Source of the DNA: a virus
Lineage: Duplodnaviria; Heunggongvirae; Uroviricota; Caudoviricetes
Direction: 5' to 3' (one strand)
Length of the DNA: 12,778 nucleotides
IMG/VR virus record: IMGVR_UViG_2711768056_000012
Span: 1 to 12,778 of that record
Under the pieces are notes generated by a model, which saw only the letters and a list, made by a program, of their open reading frames with translations, was not told the origin of the DNA and searched no databases. The position numbers and the translations under genes are program-made. Shown piece by piece: positions 7,097-12,778 of this stretch. Within the stretch, counting starts at the first letter, position 1. Each line of letters begins with the position of its first letter.

Positions 7097-7321
7097 TCAT
7101 AATTCACTCTTCAATACTTCCAGCTTACTAATCGCCGAAAGATATCCGCGCTGATAGGGCATCATCATTCCTTCGAGCTTGCCACTTCTTAACTCCTTCC
7201 TGAGCAATTGTATTGCTTGATCAATAACCTCTGACTTAGCGTCCTTTATGGCTTGCTTGCGGGGCTTTGCTTTCTGCTTTGGCAGATTTCTCAAGCATGA
7301 TGGAATGTATGTCTGATTCAT
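7097..7321 (-). CDS. hypothetical basic protein, 74 aa
   Basis: ORF-track frame 7097..7324 begins at GTG; the ATG at 7321..7319 is preceded by GAGGT at 6-nt spacing and lies directly after the N stop (TAA 7327..7325). Confidence 0.45.
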   Translation of the reverse strand: MNQTYIPSCLRNLPKQKAKPRKQAIKDAKSEVIDQAIQLLRKELRSGKLEGMMMPYQRGYLSAISKLEVLKSEL

Positions 7322-7324
7322 CAC

Positions 7325-7597
7325 TTACCTCGCTGTCAGTTGTTTTGATTTCCGGTAGCCTGCCGCGTAAATGGCTACGTTTGGCAGGCAAATACTTCCA
7401 CTGCATTCATCTTCCTTCTTGCAGCGAAGGCTTCCGAGTGATGCTGCTTTGTCTGCTCTGACGCAACCAGAGAGCTTTAGCGCAATTTTTCGCGCCAGTC
7501 GCTGTTCTTGCATTGCCTGCTCACGTTGAGCCTGTCTGCGTGCTCTGCGGCGATTTCTGGCGTTATCGTCAGCCAGATATGTAATGACTACTGTCAT
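7325..7597 (-). CDS. N: N-type transcription antiterminator, 90 aa
   Basis: ATG 7597..7595 with a GGAGG SD. N-terminal arginine-rich motif (DNARNRRRARRQAQREQ). C-terminus AAGYRKSKQLTAR resembles the P22-type N (gene 24) C-terminus as recalled. First gene downstream of pL and nutL. Confidence 0.85.
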   Translation of the reverse strand: MTVVITYLADDNARNRRRARRQAQREQAMQEQRLARKIALKLSGCVRADKAASLGSLRCKKEDECSGSICLPNVAIYAAGYRKSKQLTAR

Positions 7598-7703
7598 GTT
7601 GACCTCCGATGATTGACTTTGGCGGTGACGCGCCGGGTGCTTATCTTCCGGTTGCCGTCGTGCAGCTGCACTTCACGTCACCCCAAAGCCAACTACTCTT
7701 TGG

Positions 7704-7746
7704 TTCCCGCATTTCGGCGGGACAATCCCATCAATGTTAAAGAGCC
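7704..7746 (-). promoter_or_regulatory. nutL (boxA at 7737..7746, boxB hairpin at 7704..7722)
   Basis: Read on the minus strand, boxA is GGCTCTTTAA, followed after about 14 nt by boxB, which is 19/20 identical to the nutR boxB stretch. Lies between pL and N. Confidence 0.7.
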
Positions 7747-7791
7747 TGCCAATATGTTCCGTTTGGCTACCAGCGTCCTGCTGATGGCTAA

Positions 7792-7820
7792 AGAATACTG
7801 TAGGTATTTTATTGTGTAAA
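7792..7820 (-). promoter_or_regulatory. pL promoter candidate (-35 TTTACA, 17-bp spacer, -10 TATTCT)
   Basis: On the minus strand: -35 is the revcomp of 7815..7820 and -10 the revcomp of 7792..7797, with an exact 17-nt spacer. Both hexamers overlap operator sites. Confidence 0.5.
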
Positions 7821-7879
7821 TACCCAAGGTATTTATTTTTGATGAAATAATGATAAGCAAATGAATACAAAGGATATTT
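7793..7879. promoter_or_regulatory. oL operator cluster: three 17-bp sites with AATAC-N5-GTATT dyad symmetry
   Basis: GAATACTGTAGGTATTT (7793..7809), AAATACCCAAGGTATTT (7818..7834, a perfect palindrome) and the weaker GAATACAAAGGATATTT (7863..7879). Same half-site consensus as the oR sites. Confidence 0.6.
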
Positions 7880-7965
7880 ATTTTTTTCGGTGTCTGCTTG
7901 TTCAGTGCTTTTTATGCGGGATATGTGAAGTGGATCCCGATAGCTATTGCTGCCGGGATTATAGG

Positions 7966-8334
7966 TTAGTCAGCGAAGGTTAAGACGAGAATTACCTTAA
8001 TGATATCTGCTACAACAGACACGGCCATAGATAAACCAAAGACAATCCAAGCCATAGAGATGTCTTCACTACCATCGTATAGAGTTCCGTAATCACTGGT
8101 GTAAGGCGTAAATGTCGCGCCTTGATACAACAGGTATAAGCTTGAACCATAGAGGATAAATGCAGATATCCCTTGTATTGCTATGATCACTAGAATCATG
8201 AAACGAGCTGATCTATGCGCCCAAGCCTGGCTTATTTTTTCTGATAGAGATTTCGCAATAAAAGCATGCGCTAAGCCGTAAATTGTCGAGATTGCCAACA
8301 TCCCAAAAAAGCTTGCTATAGCGGTTCCAACCAT
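7966..8334 (-). CDS. small integral membrane protein in the rexAB-equivalent slot (candidate exclusion/abortive-infection protein), 122 aa
   Basis: ORF-track frame 7966..8355 begins at TTG; the ATG at 8334..8332 is preceded by AAGGGG and lies 17 nt downstream of the cI stop, consistent with co-transcription with cI. Three long hydrophobic segments separated by a basic loop (KSLSEKISQAWAHRSAR) and an acidic loop (TPYTSDYGTLYDGSEDIS). No similarity to lambda RexB that I can recognise. Confidence 0.6.
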   Translation of the reverse strand: MVGTAIASFFGMLAISTIYGLAHAFIAKSLSEKISQAWAHRSARFMILVIIAIQGISAFILYGSSLYLLYQGATFTPYTSDYGTLYDGSEDISMAWIVFGLSMAVSVVADIIKVILVLTFAD

Positions 8335-8351
8335 AATCGCCCCTTGCGTGA

Positions 8352-9068
8352 TCAAACCAGCCTTAGTTTTGTCTCAATTGCAACGCCTATAATCTTGCAG
8401 TTTCCATTGATTGGCACGAGAGGCCATGCAGGATTAAGTCCCTTGAGGTATTTATTTCCGCCGTCGATTATCAGCTTCTTGAATGTTGCTTCGTTAGAGT
8501 CAGAAAGTTTTGCTATGACCAAGCTGCCGTTGATCGCCTCCCTTCCGGTATCGAAAAGAACGAATGTTCCCTCTGGAATGCTTAACCCAACCGGTGCCGT
8601 CATTGAATCACCTTCCACTTTAAGCCAGAACGCATTACCTTGAATATGCGCGTCAGACTCAAGCCAAACATCTATGTCTTTAATGGTGTATGGTTCGCAT
8701 GCTTCACACCACGAGCCAGCCTGGATACTGCTTAACACCGGATACCTCTTTCCTGCTCTGTATTCCCCTGCATACCTTACGTTGGCATCGCTCTTAAGGC
8801 TTTCTGCCTGTTCTGCAACCTTGGCAGCAATTGACTGGCTAAAATCAGCAATTGAGACTTGCAACAGTCGTGCAAAACCAGATGCAACCTCAACGTTTAG
8901 CGCGTTTCTGCCATTAAGATAATGCCCTACCGCTCCTTGGGTGATACCCAGTTCATCAGCGATTGAGTATTGGGTTATCCCCAATTCTTTCTTTTTTGAC
9001 TCATACAAAGCCTTAAGCCGCTTAGCGTCTTCGAGCTGTTCTGTCGTCAGTGATTTTTTATTTTCCAT
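8352..9068 (-). CDS. cI: CI repressor (HTH DNA-binding domain plus LexA-like S24 autopeptidase domain), 238 aa
   Basis: N-terminus closely resembles lambda CI as recalled (KKSLTTEQLEDAKRLKALYESKKKELGITQYSIADELGITQGAVGHYLNGRNALN). C-terminal domain carries the Ala-Gly cleavage site (SIQAGSW), the catalytic Ser (EGDSMTAP) and Lys (TFKKLI). Divergent from cro across an operator region. Confidence 0.92.
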   Translation of the reverse strand: MENKKSLTTEQLEDAKRLKALYESKKKELGITQYSIADELGITQGAVGHYLNGRNALNVEVASGFARLLQVSIADFSQSIAAKVAEQAESLKSDANVRYAGEYRAGKRYPVLSSIQAGSWCEACEPYTIKDIDVWLESDAHIQGNAFWLKVEGDSMTAPVGLSIPEGTFVLFDTGREAINGSLVIAKLSDSNEATFKKLIIDGGNKYLKGLNPAWPLVPINGNCKIIGVAIETKLRLV

Positions 9069-9100
9069 AGCTTAATTCTAATAGCTAAGGTACTTAAACT
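9066..9100 (-). promoter_or_regulatory. pRM candidate (-10 TAGAAT; cI mRNA possibly leaderless)
   Basis: On the minus strand TAGAAT (revcomp of 9075..9080) ends 6 nt before the cI ATG, which would make the transcript start at or near the AUG as in lambda pRM. The -35 is poor (TTTAGT), consistent with an activator-dependent promoter. Confidence 0.35.
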
Positions 9101-9144
9101 AAAAATACCCTGAGTATTGATTGCTTTGAATACCTGTAGTATTC
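9079..9144. promoter_or_regulatory. oR operator cluster: OR3-like (9079..9095), OR2-like (9103..9119), OR1-like (9128..9144)
   Basis: AAATACCCTGAGTATTG and GAATACCTGTAGTATTC are clear AATAC-N5-GTATT dyads, with centres 25 bp apart. A degenerate third site AATAGCTAAGGTACT lies next to the cI start. Lambda-like tripartite layout. Confidence 0.65.
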
Positions 9145-9145
9145 T
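9117..9145 (+). promoter_or_regulatory. pR promoter candidate (-35 TTGATT, 17-bp spacer, -10 TATTCT)
   Basis: TTGATT at 9117..9122 and TATTCT at 9140..9145 with exactly 17 nt between; overlaps OR1 and OR2. Same -10 hexamer as the pL candidate. Confidence 0.55.
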
Positions 9146-9174
9146 TTGTTCATGGTTAATAACGGAGAGTGCAT

Positions 9175-9369
9175 ATGATTCGAATGACACTTGCCGATTA
9201 CGCCAAAATCCATGGACAGGCTAAAGCAGCCAGTGACTTTGGTGTAATCCAGTGCGCTATCAGCAAGGCCATTCTGGCAGGCCGTAACATTATGGTTACG
9301 GTAAAGCCTGATGGCAGTGTGATTGGAGAGGAGGTTCGACCTTTCCCAAGCAACAAGAAAAACAAATAG
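9175..9369 (+). CDS. cro: Cro repressor, 64 aa
   Basis: ATG at 9175 preceded by GGAGAG (9163..9168); the ORF-track start at 9169 is a GTG two codons upstream. Translation [62 protein letters not shown] matches lambda Cro closely as recalled. Confidence 0.88.
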   Translation: MIRMTLADYAKIHGQAKAASDFGVIQCAISKAILAGRNIMVTVKPDGSVIGEEVRPFPSNKKNK

Positions 9370-9375
9370 TAACAC

Positions 9376-9420
9376 CGCTCTTTAACAGTCATGGTCCTCA
9401 TTCCCGCCGAAATGCGGGAA
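9376..9420 (+). promoter_or_regulatory. nutR (boxA CGCTCTTTAA at 9376..9385, boxB hairpin at 9401..9420)
   Basis: boxA matches the lambdoid consensus CGCTCTT(T)A. It is followed 15 nt later by a hairpin (stem uucccgc/gcgggaa, loop cgaaau). Located just after the cro stop, as in lambda. Confidence 0.7.
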
Positions 9421-9477
9421 TACAACGCGCATAAGTTGATGCGCATAACTTCTTATTTGTTAAGGAAATACTTACAT

Positions 9478-9756
9478 ATGGAACTTACAAGTACTCGCAA
9501 GAAAGCGAATGCAATTACAAGCAACATCCTGAATCGAATTGCTGTACGTGGTCAGCGAAAGGTTGCCGACGCGTTAGGGATTAATGAATCGCAAATTTCG
9601 CGATGGAAAGACAGCTTCATCCCCAAAATGGGAATGCTTCTGGCTGTTCTTGAATGGGGTGTTGAAGACGAGGAGTTGGCGGAACTGGCTAAGAAAGTAG
9701 CCAGAATGCTGACAAAAGAAAAAGCCCCGAAGAACGGCGAATTCTTCGAGGCCTGA
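9478..9756 (+). CDS. cII: CII transcriptional activator, 92 aa
   Basis: Start taken at ATG 9478 (MELTSTRKK...), which aligns the HTH ([19 protein letters not shown]) and the [10 protein letters not shown] motif with lambda CII as recalled. The ORF-track start at 9391 would lie inside nutR. Confidence 0.85.
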   Translation: MELTSTRKKANAITSNILNRIAVRGQRKVADALGINESQISRWKDSFIPKMGMLLAVLEWGVEDEELAELAKKVARMLTKEKAPKNGEFFEA

Positions 9757-9790
9757 TGTAGAAAGACTGGATCAATCCACAGGAGTAATT

Positions 9791-9937
9791 ATGACAAAAC
9801 AACTCAGTCCTTACCAGGACAAAATTCACAAACACATACTACGTGATCGCTTCCTGTCCAGCTTCAAGCAGCCTGGTCGATTCCGGGCTGAGTTGGAAAA
9901 AGTGAAGCTGATGCAGAAGGAGAAAGGTCATGAGTAA
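9791..9937 (+). CDS. small hypothetical protein between cII and O, 48 aa
   Basis: Hand-translated: ATG 9791 preceded by AGGAG (9781..9785) at 5-nt spacing, giving [48 protein letters not shown]. Stop overlaps the O start by 8 nt. Confidence 0.35.
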   Translation: MTKQLSPYQDKIHKHILRDRFLSSFKQPGRFRAELEKVKLMQKEKGHE

Positions 9938-10790
9938 TATTGCAACCGTAACACATTTAAGGCCTTCACAACGGCCTGTGGAGCGTCGTGTGGCAGAAGT
10001 TGAAGATGGTTATACCCGTCTTGCAAATGCCCTGTATGAAGAGCTTATCGGCGCAGATTTAACGAAAAATCAGAGCAAGGTTGCCCACGCCATATGCCGT
10101 AAAACATACGGCTACGGTAAAAAGATGGATCGCATCTCTGATAGTCAGTTAGCTCAAATTACCAGGCTGCCAAGACAGAAGGTAAACAAGGCCAAGAATG
10201 AGCTTATCGCGATGAAGGTTATCCTTCGCGAAGGCCAGCAAATCGGTCCTAACAAGAACATCGAAGAATGGCAAATCGAAGGGTGTCACTACTCTGGTGA
10301 TAATGTCACTGCATTGGTGACAAAAAGTGTCACCAAAACGGTGACAGCGCTGTCACCAAAACAGGGACACACAAAAGAAACTATTACAAAAGAAAAAAGA
10401 AATAATAAAAACACTATGTCCGAAAGTGTTCGGACGGAGTGTGAAAAATCACCTGACCGTCACGAAGAAACCGACAAGGCATTCGAGGAAATATTCTGGT
10501 GTGCAGGCATGCGGAAAGCCGGGAAGAAAAACGCAGCTTCGGCATTCAGAACACAGTTCAGGGAATGGCGTAAAACTACCAGGGGTACGGCAAGCGAGTT
10601 TGCCACGATGCTGGCAGAAGACATCGCATGCAGGAATGGTAAGCAGTTCGGATTCGACAGGTTGTTACCATCGAGCTACCTGAACGGTCAGCGCTGGAAC
10701 GACGAAAAGCCAGAAACCATTCAACCACAATCCAAACCATCATCCGCAATCACCGTATCGAAAACTGGCTACGTGTTTTTCGACAGGTGA
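9930..10790 (+). CDS. O: O-like replication initiator, 286 aa
   Basis: N-terminal domain resembles lambda O as recalled ([56 protein letters not shown]...GPNKNIEEW). AGGAGA SD. The coding sequence contains iterons and an AT-rich tract in its linker region. Confidence 0.85.
   Translation: MSNIATVTHLRPSQRPVERRVAEVEDGYTRLANALYEELIGADLTKNQSKVAHAICRKTYGYGKKMDRISDSQLAQITRLPRQKVNKAKNELIAMKVILREGQQIGPNKNIEEWQIEGCHYSGDNVTALVTKSVTKTVTALSPKQGHTKETITKEKRNNKNTMSESVRTECEKSPDRHEETDKAFEEIFWCAGMRKAGKKNAASAFRTQFREWRKTTRGTASEFATMLAEDIACRNGKQFGFDRLLPSSYLNGQRWNDEKPETIQPQSKPSSAITVSKTGYVFFDR
10281..10362. repeat. replication origin iterons (four repeats built on GTCAC ... GGTGA dyads) inside the O gene
   Basis: GTCAC occurs at 10285, 10305, 10329 and 10352 (spacing 20 to 24 bp), each paired with GGTGA(C/T) at 10296, 10316 and 10340. 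An A-rich tract follows at about 10363..10417, then an inverted repeat gtccgaa-agtg-ttcggac at 10418..10435. This mirrors lambda ori layout. Confidence 0.6.
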
Positions 10791-10793
10791 ACC

Positions 10794-10901
10794 ATGAAAT
10801 CAAAAATCAAATCGCTACTGGTCGCTGGTTATAACCACGGCTGGTTAAGTATTTCGTTTGTCGATTTCTGGTTTAAAAATCTCAATCTGAGGGAATCATG
10901 A
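10794..10901 (+). CDS. possible small ORF, 35 aa (speculative)
   Basis: ATG 10794 lies 4 nt after the O stop; TGA at 10899..10901 overlaps the ATG of the primase-helicase. Product MKSKIKSLLVAGYNHGWLSISFVDFWFKNLNLRES. No convincing SD. Confidence 0.2.
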   Translation: MKSKIKSLLVAGYNHGWLSISFVDFWFKNLNLRES

Positions 10902-12778
10902 CACCAAGTGAACTTAGCGACCTGCTTTGGGCGCAGGTTGACAGGGTGGCTCCGCACCTGTTGCCAAACGGCAAGAAAGAGGGGCATGAGTGGGTTGCCG
11001 GTAACGTCAACGGTGACAAGGGAAACAGCCTTAAGGTCAACCTTAGCGGCAAGAAAAAATGGGCTGATTTCGCTGAGGGAGACGGCGGTGACATGCTTGA
11101 TTTGTGGATGGCATGTCGTGGAATTAACCTGCATCAGGCTATGCAGGAAGCGAAAGCATTTCTCGGTATCAAGGATGACGATCACCATTTCGATGCCAAA
11201 CGTGAGAAAAAATTCTCCAGACCTGATCGCAAAAAAATCGCCCGCTACGTTACCAGAACAGAATCCCATCTTGAGTACCTGCAATCGCGTGGCATATCGC
11301 CAGAAGTCGTAAAGCGCTACGAGGTTGTCAGCGGCAAGGTGTGGAATGGAGAGCGGGAACTGGATGCTCTGGTGATTCCGTACAAACGCGATGGTGAGTT
11401 GTTGCAGGTCAAGCGAATCAGCACTGAGCGCCCGGACGGGAAGAAAGTCATTATGGCAGAAGGTGATTGCGAACCTTGTCTGTTCGGATGGCAGGCTCTG
11501 GACGCTGGCGTGAGGGCGGTTGTACTTTGCGAAGGCGAAATTGATTGTATGAGCTATGCGCAATACGGCATCTCGGCGTTATCCGTGCCGTTTGGTGGCG
11601 GGAAAGGCGCTAAGCAGCAGTGGATTGAGTTTGAGTATCACAATCTCGACAGGTTTGAGGAAATATTCATCTCGATGGACGTTGATGATGTTGGTCGTGA
11701 AGCCGCAAGGGAAATCGCAAGCCGACTCGGTGAACATCGTTGCCGTCTTGTTACTCTGCCGTACAAAGACATCAACGAATGCCTGATGAACGGTGTTACC
11801 GAGGATGAAATCTGGCAGTACATCGGCACGGCATCCTACTTCGACCCTGAAGAACTCTACAGCGCGCGAGAGTTTTACCAGGACACTATCAACGCTTTCT
11901 ACGGCAATCAGCAGTATCTGTTTAATCCACCGTGGGAATCTCTGGCAGATAAATTCCAGTTCCGTGAGGCCGAGTTGACGCTGGTCAATGGTGTGAACGG
12001 TCACGGAAAAACGGAGGTTGTCGGACATATGGCTCTTGAGGCAATGCGTCAGGGTGTGAAGACGTGCATCGCGTCACTTGAGCTGAAGCCTGGTATTCTC
12101 CTTAAGCGCCTTACCCGTCAGGCGACGTGCTGCAAGATGCCGCCAGTGCTGGAAATTGACTCTGCATTTAAATTTTATGACGAAAGACTTTGGGTGTTTG
12201 GTCTGACCGGAACGGCGAAAGCCGACAGGCTGATCGAAATATTCGACTACGCTCGCCGCCGATACGGGATCCAGTTATTCATCATCGACAGCCTGATGAA
12301 ATGTGGCATAGGAGACGATGACTATAACGGGCAGAAGGCGTTTGTTGACTCGATTTGCGACTTCAAAAACAAAACAAACTCCCACGTCATTCTCGTTACT
12401 CACTCGCGAAAAGGAGACAGCGAAGAAAAACCAACCGGGAAAATGGACGTAAAAGGCTCTGGAGCGATAACAGACCTGACAGACAACCTTTTCATCATCT
12501 GGCGTAACAAGGCTCGCGAGAGAGCATTACAGAGAGTTCAGAGTGGTGAAAAGATGTCAGAGAAGGACGAACAGCTACTGGCATCTCCGGCATCTGTTTT
12601 GATGCTTGAAAAACAACGTAACGGCGAAGGTTGGGAAGGTGGTGTCCCGTTGTTCCTTGACGAGCAATCGCACCAGTTCCTGCAACTTGAATCAGGATCG
12701 CCATATAGCTACATCGCCAATATGCCGAAATCGGAATATGACGAGGCGTGGCGACAGGAAAACGTGACGGAGTATTAA
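10898..12778 (+). CDS. fused DNA primase (Toprim) / DnaB-like (SF4) replicative helicase, 626 aa
   Basis: GAGGGAA SD before ATG 10898; complete ORF ending TAA at 12776..12778. Toprim signatures are present (VVLCEGEIDCMSYAQ and FISMDVDDVGREAA with DxD). C-terminal RecA-like domain has Walker A (LVNGVNGHGKTE) and Walker B-like (IQLFIIDSLMK) motifs. The N-terminal region looks like a primase zinc-binding domain lacking the cysteines (WADFAEGDGGDMLDLWM). Confidence 0.8.
   Translation: MTPSELSDLLWAQVDRVAPHLLPNGKKEGHEWVAGNVNGDKGNSLKVNLSGKKKWADFAEGDGGDMLDLWMACRGINLHQAMQEAKAFLGIKDDDHHFDAKREKKFSRPDRKKIARYVTRTESHLEYLQSRGISPEVVKRYEVVSGKVWNGERELDALVIPYKRDGELLQVKRISTERPDGKKVIMAEGDCEPCLFGWQALDAGVRAVVLCEGEIDCMSYAQYGISALSVPFGGGKGAKQQWIEFEYHNLDRFEEIFISMDVDDVGREAAREIASRLGEHRCRLVTLPYKDINECLMNGVTEDEIWQYIGTASYFDPEELYSAREFYQDTINAFYGNQQYLFNPPWESLADKFQFREAELTLVNGVNGHGKTEVVGHMALEAMRQGVKTCIASLELKPGILLKRLTRQATCCKMPPVLEIDSAFKFYDERLWVFGLTGTAKADRLIEIFDYARRRYGIQLFIIDSLMKCGIGDDDYNGQKAFVDSICDFKNKTNSHVILVTHSRKGDSEEKPTGKMDVKGSGAITDLTDNLFIIWRNKARERALQRVQSGEKMSEKDEQLLASPASVLMLEKQRNGEGWEGGVPLFLDEQSHQFLQLESGSPYSYIANMPKSEYDEAWRQENVTEY

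Noticed and set aside
7613-7870. Two overlapping ORFs (7613..7819 plus strand, 7673..7870 minus strand) in the N to oL interval
   Set aside because: They lie across nutL, the pL candidate and the operator sites, have no convincing SD, and this interval is non-coding in lambdoid phages. Treated as chance ORFs.
7909-7945. Inverted repeat atcccg ... cgggat downstream of the membrane-protein gene, considered as a terminator for the cI transcript
   Set aside because: The loop is about 14 nt and there is no U-tract on either strand, so it does not look like an intrinsic terminator.
8335-8355. TTG-initiated extension of the membrane-protein ORF
   Set aside because: It would overlap the cI stop codon. 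The downstream ATG at 8334 has a better SD-like sequence.
8344-9446. Plus-strand ORFs inside cI (8344..8643, 8674..8922) and minus-strand ORFs across oR/cro (9094..9375, 9198..9446)
   Set aside because: Antisense to cI and cro, which are strongly supported, and overlapping the operator and promoter region.
10829-12028. Minus-strand ORFs (10829..11563, 10882..11094, 11579..12028, 11638..11829) antisense to the primase-helicase
   Set aside because: They are shadow ORFs inside a gene with clear Toprim and Walker motifs on the plus strand; translations are low-complexity.
1-12778. Looked for CRISPR arrays, tRNA or rRNA genes, insertion sequences, integrase, or att sites
   Set aside because: No regularly spaced direct repeats, no cloverleaf-like tRNA candidates, and no transposase- or integrase-like ORF were seen. 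An integrase, if present, would lie beyond the left end of the window.

Overview
This window reads as the early/immunity region of a lambdoid (lambda-like) temperate phage or prophage, most likely from an enterobacterial host. All calls rest on reading the six-frame translations and the DNA by eye, plus recalled family knowledge; no searches were run. The organisation is: a leftward early operon (1..7597, minus strand) running N, two small ORFs, cIII, a Kil-sized ORF, a Rad52-like annealing protein, SSB, a tightly coupled accessory cluster including a Lar-like protein, an AT-rich moron, and an Xis/AlpA-like gene; then nutL, pL/oL, a small membrane-protein gene sitting in the rexAB-equivalent slot, and cI (LexA-like autocleavable repressor); then oR/pR, cro, nutR, cII, an O-like initiator with internal iteron origin, and a fused Toprim primase / DnaB-like helicase on the plus strand. 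The best candidate for something undescribed is the cI-linked three-helix membrane protein at 7966..8334. The accessory cluster around Lar (3030..4817) and the AT-rich moron (899..1180) are secondary candidates. No rRNA, tRNA, CRISPR array, transposase or integrase was seen.
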